From the NCBI GenBank assembly GCA_016928395.1, contig JAFGKV010000096.1, forward strand, positions 49,127-69,126: a DNA stretch of 20,000 bases. The letters run 5' to 3'. The position numbers and the translations under genes are program-made. The notes under the pieces are model-generated. The model was not told where the DNA came from, searched no databases, and saw only the letters and a list, made by a program, of their open reading frames with translations. Within the stretch, counting starts at the first letter, position 1; each line of letters starts with the position of its first letter. Source of the stretch: Candidatus Fermentibacterota bacterium (lineage in GTDB: Bacteria > JAFGKV01). Below, piece after piece: positions 1-7,897 of this stretch.

Positions 1-222
1 GATCTGCTGCTCACCGATCTGGTCATGCCTGAAATGACCGGGCGTGAGTTGGCGACGCGCGTCGAGAGGATGAAGCCGGGCATAGGATGCGTGTTCATGT
101 CGGGGTACACCGCCGACGTGCTGGCCCGACGTGGCGTTCTGGACGGATCGGTGCGGTTCCTCCAGAAGCCCTTCACCCTTGACGAGCTGGCGCTGAAGAT
201 GCGTGAGGCGCTGGAGGGGTGA
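1..222 (+). CDS. C-terminal receiver domain of a hybrid sensor histidine kinase (5' end outside the window)
   Basis: Frame 1 is open from base 1: DLLLTDLVMPEMTGRELA...FMSGYTAD...FLQKPFTLDELALKMREALEG*. It shows the phospho-acceptor D, the SG and the KP receiver motifs, and is paralogous to the C-termini of the three complete hybrid kinases downstream. Confidence 0.9.
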   Translation, partial: DLLLTDLVMPEMTGRELATRVERMKPGIGCVFMSGYTADVLARRGVLDGSVRFLQKPFTLDELALKMREALEG

Positions 223-223
223 C

Positions 224-370
224 AAGGAACGCGGAGCGCGGAATGCGGAGCGCGGAATGCGGAGCGAGGAACGCGGAGCGAGGAGCGAGGAACGCGGAAC
301 GCGGAGCGAGGAGCGCGGAACGCGGAGCGCGGAACGCGGAGCGAGGAGCGCGGAACGAGGAGCGCGGAAT
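224..370 (+). repeat. Tandem heptamer array, 21 units, consensus G(C/A)GGA(G/A)(C/T)
   Basis: Counted directly: AAGGAAC at 224-230, then 20 in-register 7-mers at 231-370 (GCGGAGC, GCGGAAT, GAGGAAC, GAGGAGC, GCGGAAC). The array starts one base after the kinase stop codon. Confidence 0.95.
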
Positions 371-379
371 GGCATGAAC

Positions 380-440
380 TCCCGCAGAGACCGAGAGCTC
401 GGAGCGCCATGATTTCCCGCAGAGACGCAGAGGCGCGGAG
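380..440 (+). repeat. Two copies of the octamer arm TCCCGCAGAGACGCAGAGGCGC(A/G)GAG (degenerate at 380-404, near-intact at 415-440)
   Basis: 415-440 matches the left arm of the GxxExxY cassette (4275-4300) at 25/26 positions. Confidence 0.9.
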
Positions 441-450
441 AATGCAGATC

Positions 451-485
451 TCGGAGTGCGGAGCGCGGAACGAGGAGTGAGAAAT
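451..485 (+). repeat. Second short heptamer run (TCGGAGT GCGGAGC GCGGAAC GAGGAGT GAGAAAT)
   Basis: Same 7-nt register and consensus as 224-370. It runs directly into the four-helix-bundle remnant. Confidence 0.8.
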
Positions 486-575
486 GAGCAGGATGAACTG
501 AGGGAGAAAGCGAAGGCATTCGTCCTCACGAAGGTTAGACTGGCGAACCCGCTGCCTACCACCCCAGAGGGGCGA
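477..575 (+). pseudogene. 5' remnant of a four-helix-bundle (23S rRNA IVP-like, TIGR02436-type) gene
   Basis: The translation VRNEQDELREKAKAFVLTKVRLANPLPTTPEGR follows the family N-terminal pattern as I recall it (L..R.K.F.L....L...LP....GR). The expected continuation (QL.RS.TS.GANY) is missing. It sits right after heptamer repeats. Confidence 0.6.
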
Positions 576-661
576 CATAAGCCCTTGGCGTCGATGGCGC
601 GGGAGCAGGTGGCCGGACCGCGCGTCCCCGTGGCTCGGGTGACGGCTGTGGAGGAACAGAT

Positions 662-3600
662 GTGAGCAAGAACGCCGCGATCTTGGTCGTTGACGATGAT
701 CCCGCGCTGCTGCGGGCAACCTCTGCGGTGCTTGCCTCGGCCGGACACACCGTGCATGAGGCCAGAAGCGCCGCCGAGGCGTTGGAGAAGGTGAAGACCT
801 GTTCGCCGGACCTGGTGCTGGTGGACGTGGTCTTGCCCGATATGAGCGGCCTCGAAGTCAGTCGCCGGATCAAGGCCGATTCGTCCTTGACCGACATCAT
901 CGTGGTACTCATGTCATGCCTTCGCACCGACTCGACAAGCCAGGCCGAAGGGCTGGAGGGCGGGGCCGATGACTACATCGCCCGCCCGGTCTCCAATCGG
1001 GAGCTTGTAGCACGGGTGCACGGCTTCCTGCGGACTAAGCGCGCGGAGGCGGCGCTGAGGGCGTCTCTGGAGCGCAGCCAGCAACAGCAGGCAGTGGTCG
1101 CTGCGGTTGCCACGTCTCCCCACCTCGCTGCGGGGGATGTGCCTGAACTCGCCCTTCAACTTACTGAGCTCGCCGCCAAGGCACTTGGCGTCGAGCGCGT
1201 AGGAGTGTGGCTGTGTGACGACGACGGAAACGAATTGCGCTGCGTGGACCTCTATGAGGACTCCGCGGGGCGTCATTCCGCGGGCGCGGTGCTGCAACGG
1301 CATGAATACCAGAATGAGTTCGACGCCCTGAGCGCGGCGAAGTACGTGGATGCCGATGACCCGTTGACTGACCCACGGACGGCCGGGTATGTGGCGGGAT
1401 ACCTGAAGCCACTGCGTATCACATCAATGCTGGATGCGGTCATCCGGAGTGCAGGGCGGATTCTCGGAACCCTCTGCTTTGAGCACGTGGAGAGGACCCA
1501 CCGCTGGGAGCCGGATGAGATCGCATTCGCGTGTCAGCTCGCAGACCAGGTCGCGCTGGCAATAATGAACCAGGCGCGCAGGAAGGCGGAAGAGGCGCTG
1601 CGGGAGAGCGAGGAACGAAATCGCTCCATTGTGGCGGCATTGCCTGATCTGCTCTTCCGAATATCCGCCGACGGACGCTTCATTGACTGTCGGGCCAATA
1701 GCCCGGAGCTATTGCTGCTCCCACCTCACCAAGTCATCGGCAGACGAATAGCGGAGATCTTGCCGCCGGACTTGGCACACCTCACCGAGAAAAGGGTGCG
1801 GGAAGCGCTCGATAGCGGACAACTGCAGGTCTATGAATACTCGCTCACCCTGGAAGGCCATGCGCACTGGTTTGAAGCTCGAATGACAACCAGTGGGGCC
1901 AACTCCGTGCTGGCGCTCATCCGCGACATCACCACACGCAAGCTGGCCGAACGGGCGCTGCGGGAATCGGCTCAGAAGTGGAACACCACCTTCGACGCCA
2001 TTGGGGACTGCATGGCCCTGATGGACACCGAGCAGAACATCCTCCAATGCAACAGGGCCTTCGCCGAGTATCTGGAGAGGCCCCTCTCTGAGATCATCGG
2101 CCGGAAATGCTATAGTCTAGTCCACACCGACGGCCGACCGGCAGAAGGCTGTCCCTTCGACCGGACGCTGCACAGCAAGCGGCGCGAGACCATGGAGATG
2201 CAGGTCAACGGCCGCAGCTTCGAGGTCCTGGTGGACCCCATTCTGAGCGAGGATGGCGAGATCACCGGCATCGTTCACATCCTAGCCGAGACTACCGAGC
2301 GCACGCAGGTCATGGACGCGTTGCGACGGAGCGAGGAGCGGTATCGCACGCTGGTGGAGGGCATGGCCGAGGGCCTCATCGCGGGAGACAACGACGATCG
2401 GATTCAGTATGTCAACGCCCGGTTCTGCCAGATGATTGGGAGGGATCCCGAAGAGCTGATCGGAAAGGTCGGCTACGAGGTCTTCGCGCCGGAGGACGAG
2501 CGGGAGTCGATCAGGGCGAAGACCCGCCTGCGGCAGCGAGGGGTCAGCGACACCTACGAAACGAGAATGACCACTGAAGACGGAAGGGAGATCTGGGTGT
2601 CCATCTGTGGTTCGCCGGTGTACGGCCCGGATGGGGCGGTCGTCGGCTCGATCGGCCTGGTCACCGATGTTACCCAGCGCAGACTGGCCGAGGAGGAGCT
2701 GCGGGAGAGCGAGGGGCGTTTCCGGGCAGCGTTCGAAGGGTTGCATGATGCAGTCACCATCGTCACTGAAGACGGGAAGTTCCTCGACTGCAACCAGAGG
2801 GCGCTGGAGATGTTTCGCGTCGAGAGCAAGGCCCGATTTATTGCGCGGCGCCCCGCCGATTTCTCTCCTCCCTTCCAACCTGACGGGCGCGAATCCGTCA
2901 CGGCATCGCGCGAGAGGCTGAGGGAGGTCCTTGAGAAGGACGGATTCGTGCGCTTCGAATGGCTGCATCAACGGGCCGACGGAGAGGCGTTCCCGGCCGA
3001 GGTGGTGCTCACCACCTATCAACGGGGGGGGCGGAGTATCATCCAGGGTGTGATCCGCGACATCACCGCCCGCCGGCGGGCGGAAGAGGAACGCGAGAAG
3101 CTTCAAGGGCAATTGCTGCATGCGCAGAAGATGGAGGCTGTCGGACTGCTGGCGGGCGGGGTGGCGCATGACTTCAACAACATGATCCAAGTCATTCTCG
3201 GGCATACGGACATGGCGTTGGGGCAGGTTGCCTCGGTGGATCCGCTGCTCGCCGATCTTGAGGAGATCCGCACGGCCGCTCAGCGGTCGGCTGCCCTCAC
3301 GCGGCAGTTGTTGGCCTTCGCCCGCAAACAGATCGTGACACCCAAGGTGCTGGACCTGAACGCAACGGTCGAGGGGACACTGAAGATGCTGCGTCGGCTG
3401 ATCGGCGAAGACATCGCGCTTTCGTGGAAGCCAGGAGCCGGGCTGTGGAGCGTGAAGATGGATCCATCGCAGGTGGACCAGGTTCTGGCGAACCTGTGCG
3501 TGAACGCGCGGGATGCGATCAGAGGGGTGGGCGAGGTCGCCATCGAGACGAAGAACGTCACGGTCGACGAGGCATGTTGCGCGGATCGCGCTGGCTTTGT

Positions 3601-4246
3601 TCCGGGGTCGTACGTGCAACTTTCCGTGAGTGACGACGGGTGCGGGATGGACAAGGAGACCCTCGGGAGGGTGTTCGAGCCGTTCTTCACGACGAAGGGC
3701 GTGGGAGAGGGAACGGGGCTCGGGCTGTCGACGGTGTACGGCATCGTGAAGCAGAACGAGGGATTCATCGACGCATACAGCGAGCCGGGAGCAGGTACGG
3801 TGATCACGATCTATCTGCCGTCGCAGGGAGAGGGAGTGCAGGAGGAGGAGCAGGAGAAGGGATCGGGGGTGCGTCGAGGCGGGGGAGAGACAGTGCTGTT
3901 GGTGGAGGACGACGGGGCGATCCTGCGGATGGGGGCGCGGATGCTGGAGGGTCTTGGGTACCGTGTGGTGACGGCGGGGACGCCGTGGGATGCCATACGG
4001 CAGGCGGAACGTGCGGGAGAGATCGACCTCTTGATCACAGACGTCGTGATGCCCGAGATGAACGGGCGTGAGCTGGCGAGGCGGATCGGCGGGATGAAGC
4101 CGGGTTTGAGATGCCTGTACATGTCGGGCTACACGGCGGATGTGATTGCACACCGGGGTGTAGTAGATGCGGGTGTGCGGTTTCTACAGAAGCCGTTCAC
4201 ACTGGAGGAGTTGGCGCGGAAGGTGCGCGAAGCGCTGGTGGGATGA
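662..4246 (+). CDS. Hybrid sensor histidine kinase: REC-GAF-multiple PAS-HisKA-HATPase-REC (1194 aa, cytoplasmic)
   Basis: N-terminal receiver (ILVVDDD...LVDVVLPDMSG), GAF (ITSMLDAVIR...LCFEH...FACQLADQVALA), about four PAS/PAC units, H-box AGGVAHDFNN, N-box NLCVNARDA, G1 DDGCGM, F EPFFTTK, G2 GTGLGL, and a C-terminal receiver. GTG start with GGAGG upstream. Confidence 0.95.
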   Translation: MSKNAAILVVDDDPALLRATSAVLASAGHTVHEARSAAEALEKVKTCSPDLVLVDVVLPDMSGLEVSRRIKADSSLTDIIVVLMSCLRTDSTSQAEGLEGGADDYIARPVSNRELVARVHGFLRTKRAEAALRASLERSQQQQAVVAAVATSPHLAAGDVPELALQLTELAAKALGVERVGVWLCDDDGNELRCVDLYEDSAGRHSAGAVLQRHEYQNEFDALSAAKYVDADDPLTDPRTAGYVAGYLKPLRITSMLDAVIRSAGRILGTLCFEHVERTHRWEPDEIAFACQLADQVALAIMNQARRKAEEALRESEERNRSIVAALPDLLFRISADGRFIDCRANSPELLLLPPHQVIGRRIAEILPPDLAHLTEKRVREALDSGQLQVYEYSLTLEGHAHWFEARMTTSGANSVLALIRDITTRKLAERALRESAQKWNTTFDAIGDCMALMDTEQNILQCNRAFAEYLERPLSEIIGRKCYSLVHTDGRPAEGCPFDRTLHSKRRETMEMQVNGRSFEVLVDPILSEDGEITGIVHILAETTERTQVMDALRRSEERYRTLVEGMAEGLIAGDNDDRIQYVNARFCQMIGRDPEELIGKVGYEVFAPEDERESIRAKTRLRQRGVSDTYETRMTTEDGREIWVSICGSPVYGPDGAVVGSIGLVTDVTQRRLAEEELRESEGRFRAAFEGLHDAVTIVTEDGKFLDCNQRALEMFRVESKARFIARRPADFSPPFQPDGRESVTASRERLREVLEKDGFVRFEWLHQRADGEAFPAEVVLTTYQRGGRSIIQGVIRDITARRRAEEEREKLQGQLLHAQKMEAVGLLAGGVAHDFNNMIQVILGHTDMALGQVASVDPLLADLEEIRTAAQRSAALTRQLLAFARKQIVTPKVLDLNATVEGTLKMLRRLIGEDIALSWKPGAGLWSVKMDPSQVDQVLANLCVNARDAIRGVGEVAIETKNVTVDEACCADRAGFVPGSYVQLSVSDDGCGMDKETLGRVFEPFFTTKGVGEGTGLGLSTVYGIVKQNEGFIDAYSEPGAGTVITIYLPSQGEGVQEEEQEKGSGVRRGGGETVLLVEDDGAILRMGARMLEGLGYRVVTAGTPWDAIRQAERAGEIDLLITDVVMPEMNGRELARRIGGMKPGLRCLYMSGYTADVIAHRGVVDAGVRFLQKPFTLEELARKVREALVG

Positions 4247-4253
4247 TGATGAG

Positions 4254-4301
4254 CGCGGAGCTCGGAACAATGGATCCCGCAGAGACGCAGAGGCGCAGAG
4301 A
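4254..4301 (+). repeat. Left arm of nested inverted repeat around the GxxExxY gene (heptamer part 4254-4268, octamer part 4274-4301)
   Basis: 4274-4301 is the reverse complement of 4689-4716 at 27/28 positions. 4254-4268 is the reverse complement of 4733-4747 at 14/15. Confidence 0.95.
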
Positions 4302-4687
4302 TGATGAATGAGAACGAGATCGGGACGATCATCGTCGAGTCGGCGATCGCGGTTCATCGAGGCTTGGGACCAGGACTACTCGAGACGGTCTACGAGGTAG
4401 TCCTGGCGCGTGAACTGCGGGACCGTGGCTTGTCTGTTGAACGGCAGCAACCTATCGCAATCGAGTACAAGGGAATCACGTTCGACGAGGGGTTCAGGGC
4501 TGACCTCATTGTTGAAAGACGAGTGATCGTGGAACTCAAGTCGGTCGAGCGGGTGACGGCCGCGCATGCAAGACAGGTCCAGACCTATCTGCGGTTGACG
4601 GGATGCAGACTCGGGTATCTTCTCAACTTCGGCGAGGCGCTGATGAAAGAGGGTATCACGCGATGCGTGAATGGCCTTGCAGAGTAG
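4301..4687 (+). CDS. GxxExxY protein (PD-(D/E)XK nuclease superfamily, PDDEXK_3 type), 128 aa
   Basis: Signature VHRGLGPGLLETVY (GxxExxY), nuclease-like RADLIVE...VELKS motif, and the typical Q..TYL...LGYLLNFG tail. Confidence 0.95.
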   Translation: MMNENEIGTIIVESAIAVHRGLGPGLLETVYEVVLARELRDRGLSVERQQPIAIEYKGITFDEGFRADLIVERRVIVELKSVERVTAAHARQVQTYLRLTGCRLGYLLNFGEALMKEGITRCVNGLAE

Positions 4688-4688
4688 C

Positions 4689-4747
4689 TCTCTGCGTCTC
4701 TGCGTCTCTGCGGGATAGAGCGTATGTCTTCCGTTCCGCGCTCCGCG
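4689..4747 (-). repeat. Right arm of nested inverted repeat around the GxxExxY gene
   Basis: TCTCTGCGTCTCTGCGTCTCTGCGGGAT (4689-4716) and GTTCCGCGCTCCGCG (4733-4747) are complementary to the left arm. Confidence 0.95.
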
Positions 4748-4801
4748 TTCGGAAGGCTCTGCACGCCATCGCTGTTCTGCGAGTATGAGGGGAGGAACGT
4801 C

Positions 4802-7800
4802 ATGACCGGGAAGAAAGGGAACACTCAGAACCGGAAGACCAAGGCGACGCCCGCCACGCCAGCCAAATCGCCCCCAGTCTCGGCGGAGACCGATCAGGCT
4901 GAACCGGGCCCGGTCCCTACGCGGCAGGCGCATTTTCCCATCGTCGGCATCGGCGCCTCGGCCGGGGGCCTGGCGGCCTTCGAAGCCTTCTTCTCCGGCA
5001 TGCCCGCCGACACCGACCCCGGCATGGCCTTTGTGCTGGTGCAGCACCTGGCCCCGGACCATGAGAGCATCCTCACTGATCTGATCCGGCGCCATACCCG
5101 CATGCAGGTCTTCCAAGTCGAGGACGGGATGGTGGTCCAGCCCAACTGCGCGTACGTCATCCCTCCAGGCAGCGACATGGCGTTTCTGAACGGCACGCTC
5201 CAATTGATGGAACCGTCCGCCCCGCGTGGGCAGCGCCTGACGATCGACTACTTTTTTCGCTCCCTGGCCCAAGACCAGCACGAGCGGGCCATCGGCATCG
5301 TACTTTCGGGCACGGGAAGTGACGGCACCCTGGGCGTGCGTGCGATCAAGGGCGAGGGTGGCATGGTTATGGCGCAGAACCCCGCATCCACTGAGTACGA
5401 TGGCATGCCGCGCAGCGCCATTGCCACCGGCCTGGTGGACTATGAGCTGCCTCCGGCCGAGATGCCCGCCCAGCTCATCGCCTACGTAACTCATGCGTTC
5501 GGCACGCCGCCCCGGCCCTCCACAGCCACGGCGTCCGCGGTCGAGAACGACCTGAAGAAGATCTTCATCCTGCTGCGCGCCCACACCGGCCACGACTTTT
5601 CCCGGTACAAGTCGAGCATGATCAACCGCCGCATCGAGCGGCGCATGGCCGTCCACCAGATCGAAACGATGGACGGGTATGTCAAGCATCTGCAGCATGC
5701 GCCTGAGGAGCTTGACGCACTCTTCCGGGACCTGTTGATCGGCGTGACCAGTTTCTTCCGCGATTCGGAGGCCTTCCGGGCACTCGAGGAACAGGTCATC
5801 CCAAAGCTTTTCGCCGGCAGGCCCGCGAGCTCCGTGATCCGCGTCTGGTCGCCAGGATGTTCCACCGGCGAGGAGGCCTATTCCATCGCAATCCTGCTCG
5901 CCGAACGTCAGGAGGCGATGAAACAGAGTTTCAAAGTGCAGATCTTCGCCACCGACATCAGCAGCCAGGCTATTGTCGCGGCCCGGGCCGGCCTCTATCC
6001 GGCCAGCATTGCCGCAGACCTCTCGCCGGAGCGGCTGATGCGCTTCTTCACGGCCGAGCCCGACGGTAGCGCGTACCGAATTCACCGGGGCATCCGCGAC
6101 ATGCTGGTCTTTTCCGAGCAAGATGCGATCGAGAACGCACCCTTTGCGAAACTCGACCTCATCAGTTGCCGCAATCTCCTGATCTACATGGGCGGGGACC
6201 TGCGGAGGAACCTCATACCCATGTTTCACTATGCGCTGAAGCCGGGCGGTTATCTCTTTCTGGGCACTTCCGAAACCGCGGACGAGTTTGGCGATCTGTT
6301 TACCGCGTTAGACCGGAAATCGAAGCTATATGAGCGCAAAGAGGAGACTCACGGCACAAAGCACACGGCGATGAGGCGGTTTCTCCCGGCCATGACGGCG
6401 ATAGATGTGGCGCTCCCGCGAGCCGTCGAAAAGGCCGCGAACGCTCCGAAGCTGCCGCTGCGCGAGCTGACCGAACAGGCGCTGCTACTGCAGGGCGGGC
6501 TGGCCGGCGTACTGGTCAACTACCACGGGGACATCCTCTACCTCCACGGCCGCACCGGGCAGTACTTGGAGCCGGCCCCAGGCGAGGCTGGAACCAACAA
6601 CATCCTGAAGATGGCCCGCGAAGGGTTGCGGCGCGAACTGACCGTGGCCCTCCGCAAGGCCGTGAGGACAAGAGAAGTCATTCGCTGCCCGGGCCTGCGC
6701 GTCAAGACGAATGGCGACGTTTCCACGGTCAACCTGACCGTGCGCCCGGTGGCCCCGAGCCTGGCCGCACCTGCGCAAGGCAAACCCGGCGCGGCGATTG
6801 AGACGCCCCTGTTCCTGGTCGTCCTGCAGGAGACGCGGTCGGACAAGTCGGACAAGTCAGACGCATCCGACACACCGGACGCCAACGCGCGCATCGCGGC
6901 GCTCAAACAGGAACTACGGTCCAAGGAGGAATACCTCGATGCTACCATCGAGGAACTGGAGACCTCCAACGAAGAACTCAAATCATTCACTGTGGAGATG
7001 CAGTCGGTGAACGAGGAATTGCAATCCACCAACGAGGAGCTGGAAACATCCAAAGAGGAATTGCAGTCGGTGAACGAGGAACTGGCCACGATCAACGCCG
7101 AACTGCAGACCAAGGTGGCCGATCTGTCGCGGGCCAACAACGACATGAACAACCTGCTGGCAGGCACCGGCATTGCCACCGTCTTCGTGGACCTGGACCT
7201 GCGCATCCTGCGCTTCACCCCCCGCGCCATTGAGATTGTTAAGCTGAGGGTGAGCGACGTGGGCAGGCCCGTGGGCCACATCGTCTCCAACTTGGTGGGC
7301 TACGATCGCCTGGCGATGGACGCGCAGGCCGTGCTGGATACTCTGACTCCCAAAGAGCTGGAGGTGCAGACCCGTGCAGGAGTGTGGTACGCGATGCGCA
7401 TCCTGCCCTACCGCACGCTGGACAACGCGATTGAGGGCGCCGTGATCACGTTTGTCGACATCACCGAGACCTGGAAGATCCGGGAGGCGCTGCGGAAGGC
7501 GAACGAACTGCTCCGCCTGGCGGTTGTCGTGCGCGATGCGCACGATGCGATCACCGTGCACGACCTGGACGGCCGCATCATCGCCTGGAATCCGGGAGCG
7601 GTGAGGATGTATGGCTGGAGTGAAGCCGAGGCGTTGGCGATGAATGCCCGCGAACGGATCCCGAAAGGGCTTCGAGACCAAGCGTTGGTCAAGGCACATC
7701 AGCTCAGCCAGGCTCAGGTTCTAAAGCCGTTTCGCACAGAACGGCTCACTAGGGACGGTGCCGTCGTGGAGGTCTGGATGACCGCCACGGCATTGGTGAA

Positions 7801-7897
7801 TGAGACCGGGCAAGTGTATGCGATCGCGACAACGGAACGGTCGATCGGATCAACGAATGCCCACACGAAGGAGGCCCGCGATGGCTCGCAGGGATAA
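4802..7897 (+). CDS. cheBR: CheB methylesterase - CheR methyltransferase - coiled coil - PAS fusion protein
   Basis: CheB catalytic motifs GIGASAGG, VQHL and GTGSDG. CheR motifs RVWSPGCSTGEEAYS, IFATDI and DLISCRNLLIY. NEELQS heptad coiled coil and C-terminal PAS domains. Start placed at ATG 4802 (GGAGG at 4791-4795); the longer ORF from 4724 only reads through the repeat arm. Confidence 0.93.
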   Translation: MTGKKGNTQNRKTKATPATPAKSPPVSAETDQAEPGPVPTRQAHFPIVGIGASAGGLAAFEAFFSGMPADTDPGMAFVLVQHLAPDHESILTDLIRRHTRMQVFQVEDGMVVQPNCAYVIPPGSDMAFLNGTLQLMEPSAPRGQRLTIDYFFRSLAQDQHERAIGIVLSGTGSDGTLGVRAIKGEGGMVMAQNPASTEYDGMPRSAIATGLVDYELPPAEMPAQLIAYVTHAFGTPPRPSTATASAVENDLKKIFILLRAHTGHDFSRYKSSMINRRIERRMAVHQIETMDGYVKHLQHAPEELDALFRDLLIGVTSFFRDSEAFRALEEQVIPKLFAGRPASSVIRVWSPGCSTGEEAYSIAILLAERQEAMKQSFKVQIFATDISSQAIVAARAGLYPASIAADLSPERLMRFFTAEPDGSAYRIHRGIRDMLVFSEQDAIENAPFAKLDLISCRNLLIYMGGDLRRNLIPMFHYALKPGGYLFLGTSETADEFGDLFTALDRKSKLYERKEETHGTKHTAMRRFLPAMTAIDVALPRAVEKAANAPKLPLRELTEQALLLQGGLAGVLVNYHGDILYLHGRTGQYLEPAPGEAGTNNILKMAREGLRRELTVALRKAVRTREVIRCPGLRVKTNGDVSTVNLTVRPVAPSLAAPAQGKPGAAIETPLFLVVLQETRSDKSDKSDASDTPDANARIAALKQELRSKEEYLDATIEELETSNEELKSFTVEMQSVNEELQSTNEELETSKEELQSVNEELATINAELQTKVADLSRANNDMNNLLAGTGIATVFVDLDLRILRFTPRAIEIVKLRVSDVGRPVGHIVSNLVGYDRLAMDAQAVLDTLTPKELEVQTRAGVWYAMRILPYRTLDNAIEGAVITFVDITETWKIREALRKANELLRLAVVVRDAHDAITVHDLDGRIIAWNPGAVRMYGWSEAEALAMNARERIPKGLRDQALVKAHQLSQAQVLKPFRTERLTRDGAVVEVWMTATALVNETGQVYAIATTERSIGSTNAHTKEARDGSQG
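6838..6880 (+). repeat. In-frame 9-nt tandem repeat in the CheBR linker (encodes SDKSDKSDASDTPD)
   Basis: GTCGGACAA GTCGGACAA GTCAGACGC ATCCGACAC ACCGGAC read directly. Confidence 0.75.

Noticed and set aside
224-485. Possible CRISPR array
   Set aside because: Units are contiguous 7-8-mers with no unique spacers, and there are no cas genes in the window.
562-590. CCCCAGAGGGGCGACA as a REP copy related to GCCCCTAAGGGCGACA at about 18076-18091
   Set aside because: The match is short with only a 4-bp stem and is plausible by chance in GC-rich DNA, although it does lie where the four-helix-bundle similarity ends.
173-757. ORFs 173-757(-) and 203-412(+)
   Set aside because: Low-complexity translations (RAPRSAF / ARSEERG) are simply readings of the heptamer array.
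4724-4801. Longer N-terminus for CheBR (likewise the 7800 and 13602 starts for later genes)
   Set aside because: The extensions run through a repeat arm or the upstream gene. Downstream ATGs at 4802, 7881 and 13659 have SD motifs or ATGA coupling.
6945-7110. 21-nt-period repeats (AACGAGGAA...) in cheBR as a DNA repeat element
   Set aside because: They encode the NEELQS heptad coiled coil that is standard in CheB-CheR fusions.
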